IMG/VR virus record: IMGVR_UViG_3300028048_000077
Location: 64,772 to 128,771 of that record
DNA: 64,000 bases
Source: a virus
Lineage: Duplodnaviria; Caudoviricetes
Reading direction: 5' to 3' (one strand)
How positions within the stretch are numbered: the stretch's first letter is position 1; the number at the start of each line of letters is the position of its first letter. Made by a program: the position numbers and the translations under genes. This document shows, piece after piece, positions 27,565 through 37,433 of the stretch. Below the pieces are notes generated by a model, which made no database searches, had not been told where the DNA came from, and worked only from the letters and a program-made list of their open reading frames with translations.

Positions 27565-28331
27565 TATTTTTTTCTTTTGATTATATTGGTTCTTTTTGTA
27601 GTAGCAGTTCTAGAGACTGTTCCCGTTCTTGAAACTGTAGGAGTAGTTGCTATTGTATTAAGTTTAGAAGATTTATAATTGGCTCTCATTTCACTAGCTT
27701 TAGTAGCTAGTGTCTTCTTTCTTAAATTAACAGCATCCTTAGCTTCATTATACAGCTCTAATTTTCTATCAGTAGGAATCATCTTATTAGATAATTCTCC
27801 AATAGATAGACTACTTTTATTATCTCTCCAAACTGGTTTAGAGAACAAACCTCTAAGTTTAATATACAGATAAGCAAAATATAATGATTTTACATATCCT
27901 ACTACACCTTGAGGATTTCTTACTTTAGATTCTAGTTTAAATGCAGTCTTAGGAATGTTCTTCTTAAGCTTCTGTATAAGCATCTTATTCTTATCAAAAG
28001 CTTGAGCAAAGTTAAACATAAAAGCTGGATCATTAGAGAAGAATTGTATATCATATCCTGCTAATGTAGGAGATTTCTCTAATTCTCCATCTCCAGTTTT
28101 AAATCCAATAACTGTATCCCAGAAGAAATGCTCAACAGATTCAGATGGTATCTGAATATAGAGATAATATTCTTTCTCATTAGAAATAATACACTGAGTT
28201 TTCCATATACCAGCTTCTCTAGCAACAAGAAGATTAAACTTTTTAGTATATAACTCTTCATATACAAATCTCTGAGAATATACAGCATTTCCTTTTCCCA
28301 TAGGATTTCTTATGTATTCTTCTAGAGTCAT
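27564..28331 (-). CDS. hypothetical protein with basic C-terminal tail
   Basis: GGGGTG RBS before ATG at 28331. Confidence 0.7.
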   Translation of the reverse strand: MTLEEYIRNPMGKGNAVYSQRFVYEELYTKKFNLLVAREAGIWKTQCIISNEKEYYLYIQIPSESVEHFFWDTVIGFKTGDGELEKSPTLAGYDIQFFSNDPAFMFNFAQAFDKNKMLIQKLKKNIPKTAFKLESKVRNPQGVVGYVKSLYFAYLYIKLRGLFSKPVWRDNKSSLSIGELSNKMIPTDRKLELYNEAKDAVNLRKKTLATKASEMRANYKSSKLNTIATTPTVSRTGTVSRTATTKRTNIIKRKK

Positions 28332-28392
28332 AATATCACCCCTTATATTCCGTATGGAGAGTGCTAATGCACTCTCCACCGAAATTTATATA

Positions 28393-30126
28393 TTATTCTT
28401 CCTCTGTAATATCAGTATAACTATTATACTGTACATCAGCTACAAGGAACTGATTGGTTAAGAATACAGTACCCATGATCTTATTAATTGCCTCTAAGAT
28501 ATTAGAATCAGACTTGATAGAAGAAAGTACAGTATTATCATACTGCTTAGTACGAATATTCATAGGCATCTCATGATTAAACATATCTTCAATCAATCTG
28601 ATTACTTCATCATCTGCTTTTTCTTTATTGAAATAGAGACGAGCATAAAGATTCTCATAAGCATCTACAATAATCTGATAAATATTATACTCTTCATTAT
28701 CATCACTATCACAAAGAAGCTCATCAAAAGCTGCATACCCCTCAAAGTTGGCACCACGACCATAACCATTAATAGCAGCAGAACGGCAGTTTAATACAGC
28801 ATCTTCTACCAAATCTCTAAGAGCATCTCTATCAGTAAGAGAAATACCACCTACAAAGATCTCAACGAGATTAGATTTGAATGCATTAATACGACGCTTC
28901 AAAGTAGCAATCTCTACAATGTTCTCTCTAGTCTCTTCAAGAGAAGCAAGCTTATCTTTCATATCCTCAAGACGAGAATTATAGAGATCAGATAGAGTAC
29001 CATCTTCATTATGCATCAGAACAGGATTAATGAATTTAGTATTATTAGAAGTAGAGATTACTGCTTCTGCATGACCACAGAAATTATGAATATTTTCAAT
29101 AGTAGGAGCTAAACCTCTCTCCTGATCAGCCTTTAATAATGCTGGATCAATATACTTGCGAATAAGTTTAGCACCAGACAGATATGCTAAATCCATCAAA
29201 TAATCAGTCTTACTAATATTAGTAATAATATTCAATGGGTACATTACTCTCTTTGCAGGAGGCATCTGAGCCATACCTTTAACAAAGTCATCAATAACAC
29301 TAATTACATCTGTACCAATACGAGGGCATACAATTATAGTAGGAACTACTTTATCAAATTCTCTCTTAGAAGCAGGTTCAGTAATATTATCATATATTAC
29401 TTTTTCCATATATGCAGAAATCTCAATAGTATCAATAGGATCCTCAAAGATATAAATCTCAGGATTTCTGATTTCACAAGTATGCTTCTCTGTATTATTG
29501 ATAAGAGCTACATCACCATATCCAGAAGGAATAGTAAATCCATCATGCTCTCTTGTCATAGTTTCTGTTCCACCAGATACTCCAACATCAATGAATACAT
29601 CCATACCATACTGCTTATAAATATCAGTAATCAGATTAGCAATGTACTCATTATTATCTGTAGAAATCATAGCAATCTTATAGATATCTTCTACAGTAGT
29701 TTCAATTCTATTGGATTCAATAATCTCAATAGCTTCATTAACTGCAGTATTAAAATCAGCAATAAGTTGCTTATCAGAAATATTAAATTTCTTACTTGCG
29801 TCACAGAGATTCTTAAAAATCTCATATGCAAGAATAACCGCAGACGTAGTACCATCACCAACTGTAGTAACAATTCTACGAGTAATATCTACAAGATTCT
29901 GTTTCATTGTAAACTCAATTGGACCAGTAAACATGATTTCCTGAAGAATAGTATGACCATCCTTAGTATATCTAGCAATATCTTTCTCTTTACGATATGC
30001 AGTGTTTACTCCATTAGGACCAAAAGATTTAGTAAGAGTATCTGCAAGTACTTTAAGTGTAGCAGTCTGTACTACTCTAAGAGAATCTTTATTTACAATA
30101 TTAGAACGAACTTTGAATTTACCCAT
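28393..30126 (-). CDS. GroEL-like phage chaperonin
   Basis: SFGPNG, TKDGHTIL, VGDGTTSA, VGG..DLVEDAV motifs. Confidence 0.92.
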   Translation of the reverse strand: MGKFKVRSNIVNKDSLRVVQTATLKVLADTLTKSFGPNGVNTAYRKEKDIARYTKDGHTILQEIMFTGPIEFTMKQNLVDITRRIVTTVGDGTTSAVILAYEIFKNLCDASKKFNISDKQLIADFNTAVNEAIEIIESNRIETTVEDIYKIAMISTDNNEYIANLITDIYKQYGMDVFIDVGVSGGTETMTREHDGFTIPSGYGDVALINNTEKHTCEIRNPEIYIFEDPIDTIEISAYMEKVIYDNITEPASKREFDKVVPTIIVCPRIGTDVISVIDDFVKGMAQMPPAKRVMYPLNIITNISKTDYLMDLAYLSGAKLIRKYIDPALLKADQERGLAPTIENIHNFCGHAEAVISTSNNTKFINPVLMHNEDGTLSDLYNSRLEDMKDKLASLEETRENIVEIATLKRRINAFKSNLVEIFVGGISLTDRDALRDLVEDAVLNCRSAAINGYGRGANFEGYAAFDELLCDSDDNEEYNIYQIIVDAYENLYARLYFNKEKADDEVIRLIEDMFNHEMPMNIRTKQYDNTVLSSIKSDSNILEAINKIMGTVFLTNQFLVADVQYNSYTDITEEE

Positions 30127-30799
30127 TTGCTTTTTCTTCCTCCTCTTTTAACGGTGGTAAACAATAAGAGAATCCAGTATACATATCAATAGTTTTAGGT
30201 AAAGCTGGAAAGTATGCATAAGCTTCATCTTTAAGATTACCATTATCTTTGTAATTAAGTGCAATATTTAATAGATAAATACATAGATGTGGTTGTTTGA
30301 GATTTTTATAAAGCTCTAAATCATACACATCTCTAACAATTACAATATCATAATCTGTAGTATCATATCCATCTACTACTACTGGATAATCATTCGGAAC
30401 TATTCTTTTTAAATAATTATACTGAATGGTATCCTTACAATTAATACAACAAGATATATCACAATCTTTAGCTTTTTTCCATGTATATGTTAATCTAAGT
30501 ACATCAGTAGGCCTAGAATGTTTAAGTATAGCATCTTCAAATTTAGTACATAGATCTTTATATACAGAATCTACATTATCACCAAGCTTATCATTAACTA
30601 ATAATAATTTTAATGGATTCTTATCTTTGCTTGCTATTACAGAATTTTTATAGTATGCATCAGATGCTCTTACCATATTAGCTTTAAAATATTCTATTTT
30701 AAACTTTTTGGATAATACCATGTATCTAAATATACCATAAGTAAAATCTATAGCAGCATTAAAATCTAATAAAACTTTACTACCTCTTCTTTGTTTCAT
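30119..30799 (-). CDS. hypothetical protein (possibly degenerate HAD-like)
   Basis: N-terminal VLLDFNAAID. Confidence 0.55.
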   Translation of the reverse strand: MKQRRGSKVLLDFNAAIDFTYGIFRYMVLSKKFKIEYFKANMVRASDAYYKNSVIASKDKNPLKLLLVNDKLGDNVDSVYKDLCTKFEDAILKHSRPTDVLRLTYTWKKAKDCDISCCINCKDTIQYNYLKRIVPNDYPVVVDGYDTTDYDIVIVRDVYDLELYKNLKQPHLCIYLLNIALNYKDNGNLKDEAYAYFPALPKTIDMYTGFSYCLPPLKEEEEKANG

Positions 30800-30852
30800 G
30801 ATTATGCACCAAAAAATAAAAATGAGGAGAGAATAAATCTCTCCTCAAAGTA

Positions 30853-31659
30853 TTAAGCCATCTCTAATTCTTCAAGGGTTGTATTTCTAGTAGTAGCTGA
30901 AGAAGTATTATAAGAAGATTCTCCAGAACCAGAATTACCACCATTATTGAAATAACTGGTGCGACTATAGTTATTTCTATGTGAAGATGCATTCAGATCT
31001 ACGCCTAACTTCTCTGCAATCTTACGAGCATCATCACGTACTTTATTGATACCGAAGTTTACAGCATCATAACATGCACCAGAAATACCACCAGACTGAC
31101 CAAGAACATACTGCTCTAACTGGTAATGAAGAAGTTCAAATTCATTATAAGCATATGGTTCAGTTTCAGTAGTATATTTACCAGTCTTGTTATCATAGTT
31201 CAATACTGCAAAATCAGAACCAATCTTGATTTCATAGTTCAGCATCTGAGTAACAGAACCAGACTCATTTACCTTGGCAATTGTAATAGTAGGAACTCCA
31301 CCATTTACATATTCACCATTAGATACTACGATAACACCGATATTGGTAGCTACACCCTTATTAAACTTAACCTTGTTATCCTTCTGATAAAGTTCTTTAA
31401 ACTCATCAAGAATCTTCATAAGAGTAATAGCCTTATTCACATTCAGATAAATGGATACACCATTATCCTTATCATATTTATCATAATTACCACCATCATT
31501 TACTTTTGGGGCAATGGTAGCCTTAAGCATAAACTTCCAAATAGCAAAAGAAAGAGAAGTCTTCTCATACTTTGCATCAGGATTAGTCATTCCATATCCA
31601 TAAGTTACAGGTCTAAAAGGTTCATTATTGTTAAAAGTATTATTATCTCCAAGTGCCAT
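30853..31659 (-). CDS. putative single-stranded DNA-binding protein
   Basis: beta-rich core, G/N/S-rich linker and acidic tip; near primase; inference. Confidence 0.4.
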   Translation of the reverse strand: MALGDNNTFNNNEPFRPVTYGYGMTNPDAKYEKTSLSFAIWKFMLKATIAPKVNDGGNYDKYDKDNGVSIYLNVNKAITLMKILDEFKELYQKDNKVKFNKGVATNIGVIVVSNGEYVNGGVPTITIAKVNESGSVTQMLNYEIKIGSDFAVLNYDNKTGKYTTETEPYAYNEFELLHYQLEQYVLGQSGGISGACYDAVNFGINKVRDDARKIAEKLGVDLNASSHRNNYSRTSYFNNGGNSGSGESSYNTSSATTRNTTLEELEMA

Positions 31660-31686
31660 AGTTAAAATCCTCCATTAGTAAAAATA

Positions 31687-32001
31687 TTAATCTTTTTTAT
31701 TGATATTTAAAGCTATATCATGTAGTAATTTTAAAGCAGAATCTGTTTCATCATATTTATTTTGTAAATGATTAAGATATATTCTTTGTAATTCATATAA
31801 AAAAGAATCACCTTTTGATTTTGAATAAACAAAATTTAATGTGTCATTATCAGAGCGTTTAAAAATAAAATTTATAGCATTTAACTCATCTATATTATCA
31901 ATTGCATATTTAATCTGTTCCTGCTTAGTTTTTAATTCATTTATTTTAGATAATAAATATTCAGCATTCATTTCATTCAACCTCTTTCCAATCATTTGCA
32001 A
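31687..32001 (-). CDS. hypothetical protein
   Basis: 104 aa ORF overlapping the upstream gene end. Confidence 0.55.
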   Translation of the reverse strand: MQMIGKRLNEMNAEYLLSKINELKTKQEQIKYAIDNIDELNAINFIFKRSDNDTLNFVYSKSKGDSFLYELQRIYLNHLQNKYDETDSALKLLHDIALNINKKD

Positions 32002-32227
32002 GCATATCAGCCTGACTAGCTAACCAACCGAGCTGAACTCCAGAAGTGCCGACAAATGCTACTGCCTGATTGCCAATAGCATCATGATTAGCATTGATAA
32101 CCTCGCCCTTAGAATTAGTATAACTAATATTAGATGCAAGTTCAATATATTGATTCTTACCATTCCAGCCAGACCTTTGTACCTTCTTTCCTTCTTTCAT
32201 TGCATTAATAGCTTCACCAAAATTCAT
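31973..32227 (-). CDS. DUF2829 / Tad2-like anti-defence nucleotide sponge
   Basis: MNFGEAI.AMK.GKKV.R.GWNGK and W.ASQ.DMLA.DW signature. Confidence 0.85.
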   Translation of the reverse strand: MNFGEAINAMKEGKKVQRSGWNGKNQYIELASNISYTNSKGEVINANHDAIGNQAVAFVGTSGVQLGWLASQADMLANDWKEVE

Positions 32228-32347
32228 AATATACTCCTCCTTAAAAATATTATATTTAACCCTATATTTATGTAGTGATTAAAATAAGAATTTAATTACG
32301 TAAGAGCCCCCTAGACCATCGTCTAGGGGCACTCTACGTCTTATATA

Positions 32348-33523
32348 TTAATCATCAAATCCGTAATTTACATATAAACGAGTTTTATTTCTTCTCAATT
32401 TTTCAGAAGCTAATTGATTTCTAAGTGCATTATATTCATTAAGCAACTTAGTCCATCTTACTCTCTGAGTAGTAGGAATATCATCTTCTGTAGAGAGATA
32501 ATCTGCAATTACTGACATACGAGAATTAATTCTAGCAATCAACAATAATGCCTGATCATCATCTTCTACATTATTAGCCTCAAACTTCAGCTCATAATAA
32601 TCATTTTCATATCCTTTAAGGCCAGATACTTTGAAAGAATTCAATGCGTTACCAAGGAATCCTTCATTGATCATATTATCATCAATCATATCAAGTCTCT
32701 TAATAAGATTCTCTATCTCTCTCTTACGAAGTTGAGAAGAAATAGAAGGAAGAATATTAATAAGCTCTTTTCTTGCAGTACGCTTATTATTCTTCATATT
32801 ATTATAGAGATTGAGAATATAAGAGAGAACTACAATTGGAGTCTCATATTCATTGAATGAAATCATTCCATTATTCTTAAGCTTAGTTCTAATTTCAAGT
32901 AAAGTAGCATTAAAATTAGGACTAAGTTCACTAGCAGAAATATCATTAATGAATTGATTATTACCAATACCAGCATCACCGATATTAAACATAGATGTTA
33001 CTTTCTGCATAGCATCTCTAATACCAAAGTTAAAGATATCATTATATGCAGCATATTCACTAGGTCTAATAATTTCTCTCTTATTTACCAGATACATATT
33101 AACCAAATCTCTTACTTTCTTCATTGGTACATTATCTGTACAAAGAGCAGTAATATCATATATAATACATAAAGCAATCTCATAAGTCGATAGTGCATTG
33201 AAAAGCTTACTATCAATCTCAAGATAGTATTTATTAACTATAAAATCTCTATCTGGATTCAATACTATATTAGCCATTCCAGTATCATTATTAGAGAATA
33301 TTGGATATACATTCAATCCAAAGAATTGTTTATCTGTATTTTTAGTAATGATTACAGCATCACATAATGGATTTGATATTCCATCATTACCTCTAAACAA
33401 TTTATTTAAATCTTCTTTAATATCTTTAGTGATAGATGTCTCATCAGTATTAGAAAGATTCATTGTATATAATCTTAAACTACCTTCAATATCAGAAATT
33501 GTATTATTAATCTTGTTTATCAT
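32348..33523 (-). CDS. probable head-associated virion protein
   Basis: downstream of the capsid gene; 391 aa. Confidence 0.5.
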   Translation of the reverse strand: MINKINNTISDIEGSLRLYTMNLSNTDETSITKDIKEDLNKLFRGNDGISNPLCDAVIITKNTDKQFFGLNVYPIFSNNDTGMANIVLNPDRDFIVNKYYLEIDSKLFNALSTYEIALCIIYDITALCTDNVPMKKVRDLVNMYLVNKREIIRPSEYAAYNDIFNFGIRDAMQKVTSMFNIGDAGIGNNQFINDISASELSPNFNATLLEIRTKLKNNGMISFNEYETPIVVLSYILNLYNNMKNNKRTARKELINILPSISSQLRKREIENLIKRLDMIDDNMINEGFLGNALNSFKVSGLKGYENDYYELKFEANNVEDDDQALLLIARINSRMSVIADYLSTEDDIPTTQRVRWTKLLNEYNALRNQLASEKLRRNKTRLYVNYGFDD

Positions 33524-33686
33524 TTACTTGCACCTCCGAATTTTCATTATTAGAAAGTTGAGGGTTTAAAGTATTTACAATCACACCATTAGTTGGAGAT
33601 GAATATGTATTCATATTTGCAGTATAATCTATAACAGCTCGTTCTTTATCTGAATAGAATTTTCTAATATCATTTACTGTTTCCAT
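33507..33686 (-). CDS. 59-aa protein repeating the capsid C-terminal motif
   Basis: AAGGAG RBS; DYTANMNTYSS..NG versus capsid DYTANQNTYAS..NG. Confidence 0.6.
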   Translation of the reverse strand: METVNDIRKFYSDKERAVIDYTANMNTYSSPTNGVIVNTLNPQLSNNENSEVQVNDKQD

Positions 33687-33710
33687 AACTATTCTCCTTA
33701 CAAACATAAA

Positions 33711-33737
33711 CAAGCCTACCCACGAAGGGTAGGCTTG
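33711..33737 (-). terminator. terminator after the capsid gene
   Basis: CAAGCCTACCC-ACGAA-GGGTAGGCTTG. Confidence 0.75.
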
Positions 33738-33775
33738 CTTTATGGAAGAATTTTACCATTTTGGTATTGGATAAA

Positions 33776-35668
33776 TTACCACTTACCGTTCTCAACATTA
33801 CCCATTGGAGTAACGCTAGTAACTGCACCGTTAACACCAGATGCATAAGTGTTCTGGTTAGCAGTGTAATCGTTCATAGCATTAGAACCAATTGGATCCT
33901 TAGAACCAAGAACTTCACGGAGACCACGAGGGTTAACGATAGTCAGACGACCCTGTACAGGCTGATACTGAATGAGCTTATAACGCTCGAATGCAGTTAC
34001 TGCTGGCAGGTATACGTTCTCTACCGCACGAATTTCATTGGATACATAGAACTGATAATCAAACAGCTTATACATAACACGCATGGAGTTATGAGGAATA
34101 AGCAGAATGATCAGATTGTTGTTGTTACGCAGTTTATCAGAGGATACGAACTGATATACACGCTTATCAGAAGTAACAACAGTCTTCTTAAACTCAAGCT
34201 CAACAGGACCAATATTGCTTGGAGTAGTATAGGTGTGCTGAGTAGGAGTAATACGACGAATGATGTCAGGACGACCAATGATGTTAACAGTCATGTTGCT
34301 ATCATTGAGTACCTGCAGCATGGAAGTTACATAGCTATCAAGCTGATCCATGAAGGTTGCTGCTCTCCAAGAGAGAGGATCCTGCAGGAAGTTGGAAGGT
34401 GGTACGAAGTCGTAAGCACCCTGGAACTTCTGGGACTCAGGCATACCAACAAAGGAATTATCCAAGAAGTTATGAATATCATCATCTTTCCAGTTGCGGA
34501 GAGAAATGTTGATGATGCTCATCAGCTTAGTAACCTGATTTACCTGATACAGAGCATTGACATCTTTGATTTCTTCAGGGCTGATAGGTACACTAATGTG
34601 TGGTGCCTCTGGGATCTCGAAGATATCAGTCTTAGCCTTCCACTTGCTGTAGCAAGTCTTGAACTTAGCAGAGGAAGTATCGAGTACTGCATGGAGAATT
34701 ACACCCTTAATACGAGCATCAGCAGTATTCAGCATGAACATGTTGTCCTTCATGCAACCATTGATAACTGGCTGGATATAAGAAGGATCTGCACCTGGAT
34801 CTCCAATATTTACAGGAGAAGTACGGTTGAACATTACATAATCGAAGTCACCATAATGAGGCTCGAAGTGCATCTCATTGATAGTAACAACATGGTCAAC
34901 TGCAACACCAGTACCAGTTGCCTTAGTAATTGCAGAACCAGAAACTGCAGGAGTTGCTACTGTCAGATACTCTTCACCATCAGCAACCTTGCTGTTTACC
35001 AATACACCAACAACTGCAGTCTTGATGGAGAGATCACCTACACCACCGAAATCATTAGATACGATGTTATAGGTATTATCCTCAGGCAATGCAATATAGA
35101 TATCCTTCATAGGAACAGAATTTGCGATTGCATCATGAATCTTATTCTGCTCGAGGAAGATATCGATCTCATTACCGTTGGTATCTACGAGATAACGATA
35201 TTCCATAGTCAGAGTGAACTTAGGGCTCTGAGCTACATCCTTTGGAATACACTGCTCGAATACACAGTTAGTGGTAATGTTCTTATGCATAGGCAAAGCC
35301 ATACCAATTACTGGGTTGAAGCTACCAAGAGGAGCGTTCTCGTTCAGTGGGCTAGTAATTGCAGAGATATCATTCTCGAACAGTGCATTCATCATCTGCT
35401 CATGATCTTCTACTGCATACGGATTGTTCTTAAACTTAGGATCTTCAGGATCATAAGAATTCTCAAGGAATGCATCACGCATAGCCTCACGGGTTGCCTC
35501 ATGCATAAAGAATGCATCTGGCTGACGATAAATATCAATTGCAGACTCAGACAGAGCTGCTTTTGCTACGTCTACAAACTGTTCAGCAAGTGGACGCATT
35601 GGATCATTTTCATAAGCACGAAGCTGCTTTGCAAGCAGTTCTTTACGGCTTTCACCAACTACTGGCAT
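33776..35668 (-). CDS. major capsid protein precursor
   Basis: 630 aa; strongest codon bias and raised GC in the window; acidic propeptide ending near PLNE; own late motif and terminator. Confidence 0.75.
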   Translation of the reverse strand: MPVVGESRKELLAKQLRAYENDPMRPLAEQFVDVAKAALSESAIDIYRQPDAFFMHEATREAMRDAFLENSYDPEDPKFKNNPYAVEDHEQMMNALFENDISAITSPLNENAPLGSFNPVIGMALPMHKNITTNCVFEQCIPKDVAQSPKFTLTMEYRYLVDTNGNEIDIFLEQNKIHDAIANSVPMKDIYIALPEDNTYNIVSNDFGGVGDLSIKTAVVGVLVNSKVADGEEYLTVATPAVSGSAITKATGTGVAVDHVVTINEMHFEPHYGDFDYVMFNRTSPVNIGDPGADPSYIQPVINGCMKDNMFMLNTADARIKGVILHAVLDTSSAKFKTCYSKWKAKTDIFEIPEAPHISVPISPEEIKDVNALYQVNQVTKLMSIINISLRNWKDDDIHNFLDNSFVGMPESQKFQGAYDFVPPSNFLQDPLSWRAATFMDQLDSYVTSMLQVLNDSNMTVNIIGRPDIIRRITPTQHTYTTPSNIGPVELEFKKTVVTSDKRVYQFVSSDKLRNNNNLIILLIPHNSMRVMYKLFDYQFYVSNEIRAVENVYLPAVTAFERYKLIQYQPVQGRLTIVNPRGLREVLGSKDPIGSNAMNDYTANQNTYASGVNGAVTSVTPMGNVENGKW

Positions 35669-35846
35669 TGTAAATTCCTCCTTTTTAGAGTATATATAAA
35701 TACTCTGTTGATTATCATTGTTATTCTAGCATGCCTATTGGAATGCAATTACATTATAGTTGAATTAGCAAAATGTAATATTAAAAAAATATTTAAAGTT
35801 TAACATATCTATTTGTACTATTTTTGTAATAGTCGGAAAATTTAAA

Positions 35847-35867
35847 CATATACTATATATGTGAATA
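35847..35867 (+). promoter_or_regulatory. putative early promoter (sRNA3)
   Basis: CATATACTATATATGTGAATA. Confidence 0.65.
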
Positions 35868-35957
35868 AAAGGATTCATCCTTATTCAAGTTCATGTTTTT
35901 CTATCCTTAAAAGGAATAGGATGTGTTTAGGCCACAACACACTCCTATTCTTTTTTT
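35862..35957 (+). ncRNA. candidate small RNA 3
   Basis: 5' hairpin TGAATAA..TTATTCA; linker TTCATGTTTTTCTATCCTT (complement of AAGGA-N9-ATGAA); terminator GAATAGGA.TGTGTT/AACACACTCCTATTC-T7. Confidence 0.55.
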
Positions 35958-35965
35958 ATAATTTA

Positions 35966-35991
35966 TCCCTCTACCCTAACTGGGTAGAGGG
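35966..35991. terminator. conserved-stem hairpin
   Basis: CCCTCTACCC-TAACT-GGGTAGAGGG. Confidence 0.75.
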
Positions 35992-35998
35992 AATAAAA

Positions 35999-37417
35999 TT
36001 ACATTTCATCTAATTCATACTTATCAGATTTCTTTTCTTTTTTCTTTTTCTTCTTATCTTTCTCTTCATCTTCTTCAGGTTCTTCTATATCTTCTTCGTC
36101 TTCTTTAGATTCTTTATCTTTATCCTCATCTGACTCTTCATCTTCATCAAATTCTGGTAAATCTAATTCTTCATCATCTTCGTCTTTATCTTTTTTCTTT
36201 TTCTTCTTATCTTTCTCTTCATCTTCTTCAGATTCTTCGTCATCTTCTATATCATCAAATTCTGAATAATCTGGTACTTCTTCTACATCATCATCTTTAG
36301 TTTCTGAAGATTTATCTTTCTCTTCATCTTCTTCTTTATCTTCGTCATCTGGTTCTTCTTCATCCTTTTTCTTTTCGCTCTTCTTTTTGTCTTTACGATA
36401 TTTTTCTGCTTCTTTATCTACTTTATTAGCTTCTTCTATTATTTTGGTTAAAGCCAAAAAGATAGCCATATGACGTTGTAAGATAATTTGGTTTTCTATA
36501 TATGATTTACTATCAAAATCTTTAGTAAGAGCATCTTTTAAGAGAGTCTTCAGATCTAAAAGCTTTTTAATTACAAAGTTTATAGTATTTATTGTACTCT
36601 CTTTTCTAGTAAATCCAGAAAGACGCTCAATAGACTTTGTGATATTATCATATAATTTAACGAACTGAGATTTTAATTCAGTCTTTTTGAGCTCAACCAC
36701 TTCTGGAGGTAAATCTGAGAAGAGTTCCTGATCTGCTTGCTGGAACTCAGAGCCTGAACCAGCAGCCGCAGCTCCTCCAGTATTGTCGTCAGGATTATCT
36801 CCTCCAGCGTCTCCTTCATCATCCCCAAGATCCTCGTCACCATCTTCACCATCGGCATAATCAGGTGGGTCTTCAGAACCAGTATCATCTCCACCACCAG
36901 CTCCAGGATCAGCCCCACCGCCAGCACCAGCATCGTTACCACCAGCATCAGGTTGAGCACCGTCTCCTGTATCAGCATTAGCGTCATCTCCTTCTCCTTC
37001 AGCATAATCTGGTACATCATCATCTCCACCACCAGCATCTGCAGGGGCATCAGCAGTATCATCTGCAGGAGGTGCATCATTCGTAGGAGCTTCAGCAGGC
37101 TCATCAGGAGGTGCATCGTCTCCTTCTCCTTCAGCATAGTCTGGTACAGGATCATCCTCTTCAGGAGTATCATCTGCAGGGGCAGGATTATCTTGTGCAG
37201 GAGGTGGATCTTGTGGAGCAGGATTATCTGCAGGAGGTGGTGTTTGATCATTAGCAGGAGGAGTATCCTGAGCTGGAGGATCATTTTGAGGAGCAGGTGG
37301 AGTTGTGACCCCACCATTATTCGGAGGATTTTGAGTATTATCATCTCCTAATGGTTTACCATTAGAAGTGATCACTTCATTTATATGAGTTAATCCAGCA
37401 AGATTAAAGAAATTCAT
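35999..37417 (-). CDS. acidic low-complexity protein, scaffold/core-like
   Basis: P/D/A/G-rich N-half with repeated PDYA(E/D)GE(G/D), helical core, D/E/K tail; upstream of the capsid gene. Confidence 0.55.
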   Translation of the reverse strand: MNFFNLAGLTHINEVITSNGKPLGDDNTQNPPNNGGVTTPPAPQNDPPAQDTPPANDQTPPPADNPAPQDPPPAQDNPAPADDTPEEDDPVPDYAEGEGDDAPPDEPAEAPTNDAPPADDTADAPADAGGGDDDVPDYAEGEGDDANADTGDGAQPDAGGNDAGAGGGADPGAGGGDDTGSEDPPDYADGEDGDEDLGDDEGDAGGDNPDDNTGGAAAAGSGSEFQQADQELFSDLPPEVVELKKTELKSQFVKLYDNITKSIERLSGFTRKESTINTINFVIKKLLDLKTLLKDALTKDFDSKSYIENQIILQRHMAIFLALTKIIEEANKVDKEAEKYRKDKKKSEKKKDEEEPDDEDKEEDEEKDKSSETKDDDVEEVPDYSEFDDIEDDEESEEDEEKDKKKKKKDKDEDDEELDLPEFDEDEESDEDKDKESKEDEEDIEEPEEDEEKDKKKKKKEKKSDKYELDEM

Positions 37418-37433
37418 TTAATCACCCTCATTA

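Noticed and set aside
33761-35803. 680-aa + strand ORF
   Set aside because: Antisense shadow of the codon-biased capsid gene; no RBS and unnatural composition
36000-36420. Repeated TCTTCATC/TTCTTATC sequence
   Set aside because: Explained by the D/E/K low-complexity tail of the 35999..37417 protein
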